IMG/VR virus record: IMGVR_UViG_3300042199_000161
Coordinates: 1-35,098 of that record
Length of the DNA: 35,098 nt
From: a virus
Lineage: Duplodnaviria > Caudoviricetes
Direction: 5' to 3' (one strand)
The notes under the pieces are model-generated. The model was not told where the DNA came from and ran no database searches. It worked only from the letters and a program-made list of their open reading frames with translations. This document shows, one piece after another, positions 34,328 to 35,098 of the stretch. The position numbers and the translations under genes are program-made. The first letter of the stretch is position 1; every line of letters begins with the position of its first letter.

Positions 34328-35098
34328 TTACAGACTATTGATCGTCACAATCAACGAGGGGATGGCTGGCAAGGCAGGACTCACGCCTGGCACCGCCGCT
34401 TGGGCAGGCTGTGCGTAAATCCGCAAATCCGCGTCCGCCGACCACCACGCCAACTGCACAAAATCCCCAGCATTCAGCGGTAACACAAAGTTCCACGCCG
34501 CTACCACTTTCGCATTATTCCCCACCAGTGACAAAGTTGTATTGCTATTAGGCACATTCTGCCCATTCACCATCAACCAAACATCCACAACATCTGTTCC
34601 AGAGTCCGTCTTATCCATCTGCGCTGAAAACTGAATGTTATAAACGCCAGTATTTGCGACCGTGATCTGCGATCCACCCACAATACTAATACCCGGCGAA
34701 GTTGCGACCGTATTGTTCAGCGTCATAATCTGACGATCGGTGTTATCTGTGTTTGTTTGGATTTGGGTGGAATAGAAAGACCCGTAGGATAATAGTGTGG
34801 AAGCGGTTGGAATTTTTGCCGTGACCCATTGGCGCAAAGACTGCGCGATGTAAAATGCCACGCTTGGTCCTAGCTGCAATATGCCTGTATCACCGCTTAC
34901 CGCATTTATGGTTGATGACCCGTCTGAGAAAACCCGCAAGTCGGTTGTGGTATTATTGCATACCAACACGACTTTGCCGGGAACCGCCACGGGAAGCGTC
35001 ACACCTGCCCCAGTAGCACCAACCGTCGCCACATTCGCAATAGCCTCAGTGATCTTCACGCTCGTCGCCCGCGTCCCCCCCCCCCCCCGACAGTAGCC
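34328..35098 (-). CDS. Fibre/decoration protein with shared N-module and C-terminal C1q/BclA-like domain (5' truncated)
   Basis: The N-part matches the tailspike N-terminus; C-part YGSFYS...ITVANTGVYNIQFSAQ...VAAWNFVL.LNAGDFVQLAW...IPSLIVTI. Confidence 0.75.
   Translation of the reverse strand, partial: GYCRGGGGTRATSVKITEAIANVATVGATGAGVTLPVAVPGKVVLVCNNTTTDLRVFSDGSSTINAVSGDTGILQLGPSVAFYIAQSLRQWVTAKIPTASTLLSYGSFYSTQIQTNTDNTDRQIMTLNNTVATSPGISIVGGSQITVANTGVYNIQFSAQMDKTDSGTDVVDVWLMVNGQNVPNSNTTLSLVGNNAKVVAAWNFVLPLNAGDFVQLAWWSADADLRIYAQPAQAAVPGVSPALPAIPSLIVTINSL
35075..35088. repeat. C14/G14 homopolymer tract
   Basis: 14 consecutive C on the + strand, 10 nt from the window end, inside the fibre gene. 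Confidence 0.85.

Noticed and set aside
33695-34483. 262-aa + strand ORF
   Set aside because: Antisense to several small minus-strand genes that have RBSs and recognisable phage motifs.

Overview
A roughly 35 kb fragment of a tailed dsDNA bacteriophage genome with P22-like (podovirus-type) head genes, truncated at both ends and arranged as two convergent arms that meet at a hairpin near 8.99 kb. The + strand arm (1-8987) is a replication, recombination and DNA-modification module: Cas4/AddB-like nuclease, AAA ATPase, SSB-like protein, ParB-methyltransferase fusion, nucleotide-modification-associated helical protein, Acb2/Tad1-like protein, a family-A DNA polymerase split into UDG+exonuclease and polymerase genes, and a P-loop helicase-like protein. 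The - strand arm (9017-35098) is the virion module: fibre/tailspike genes, holin-like gene, TerL, portal, scaffold, P22-type coat, gp4- and gp10-like proteins, ejection proteins and a collar-domain fibre. The best candidates for new biology are (1) three virion-module proteins with Sec-type signal peptides and even Cys counts, one of them a recognisable tail fibre; (2) a polymerase split through its proofreading active site, with His at the Phe762-equivalent position; (3) a candidate anti-CBASS/Thoeris sponge; (4) a structured RNA leader upstream of the coat gene; (5) a G14 tract in a fibre gene. No tRNA, rRNA, CRISPR array, integrase or IS element was recognised. All family assignments come from motif recognition by eye, not from database searches.
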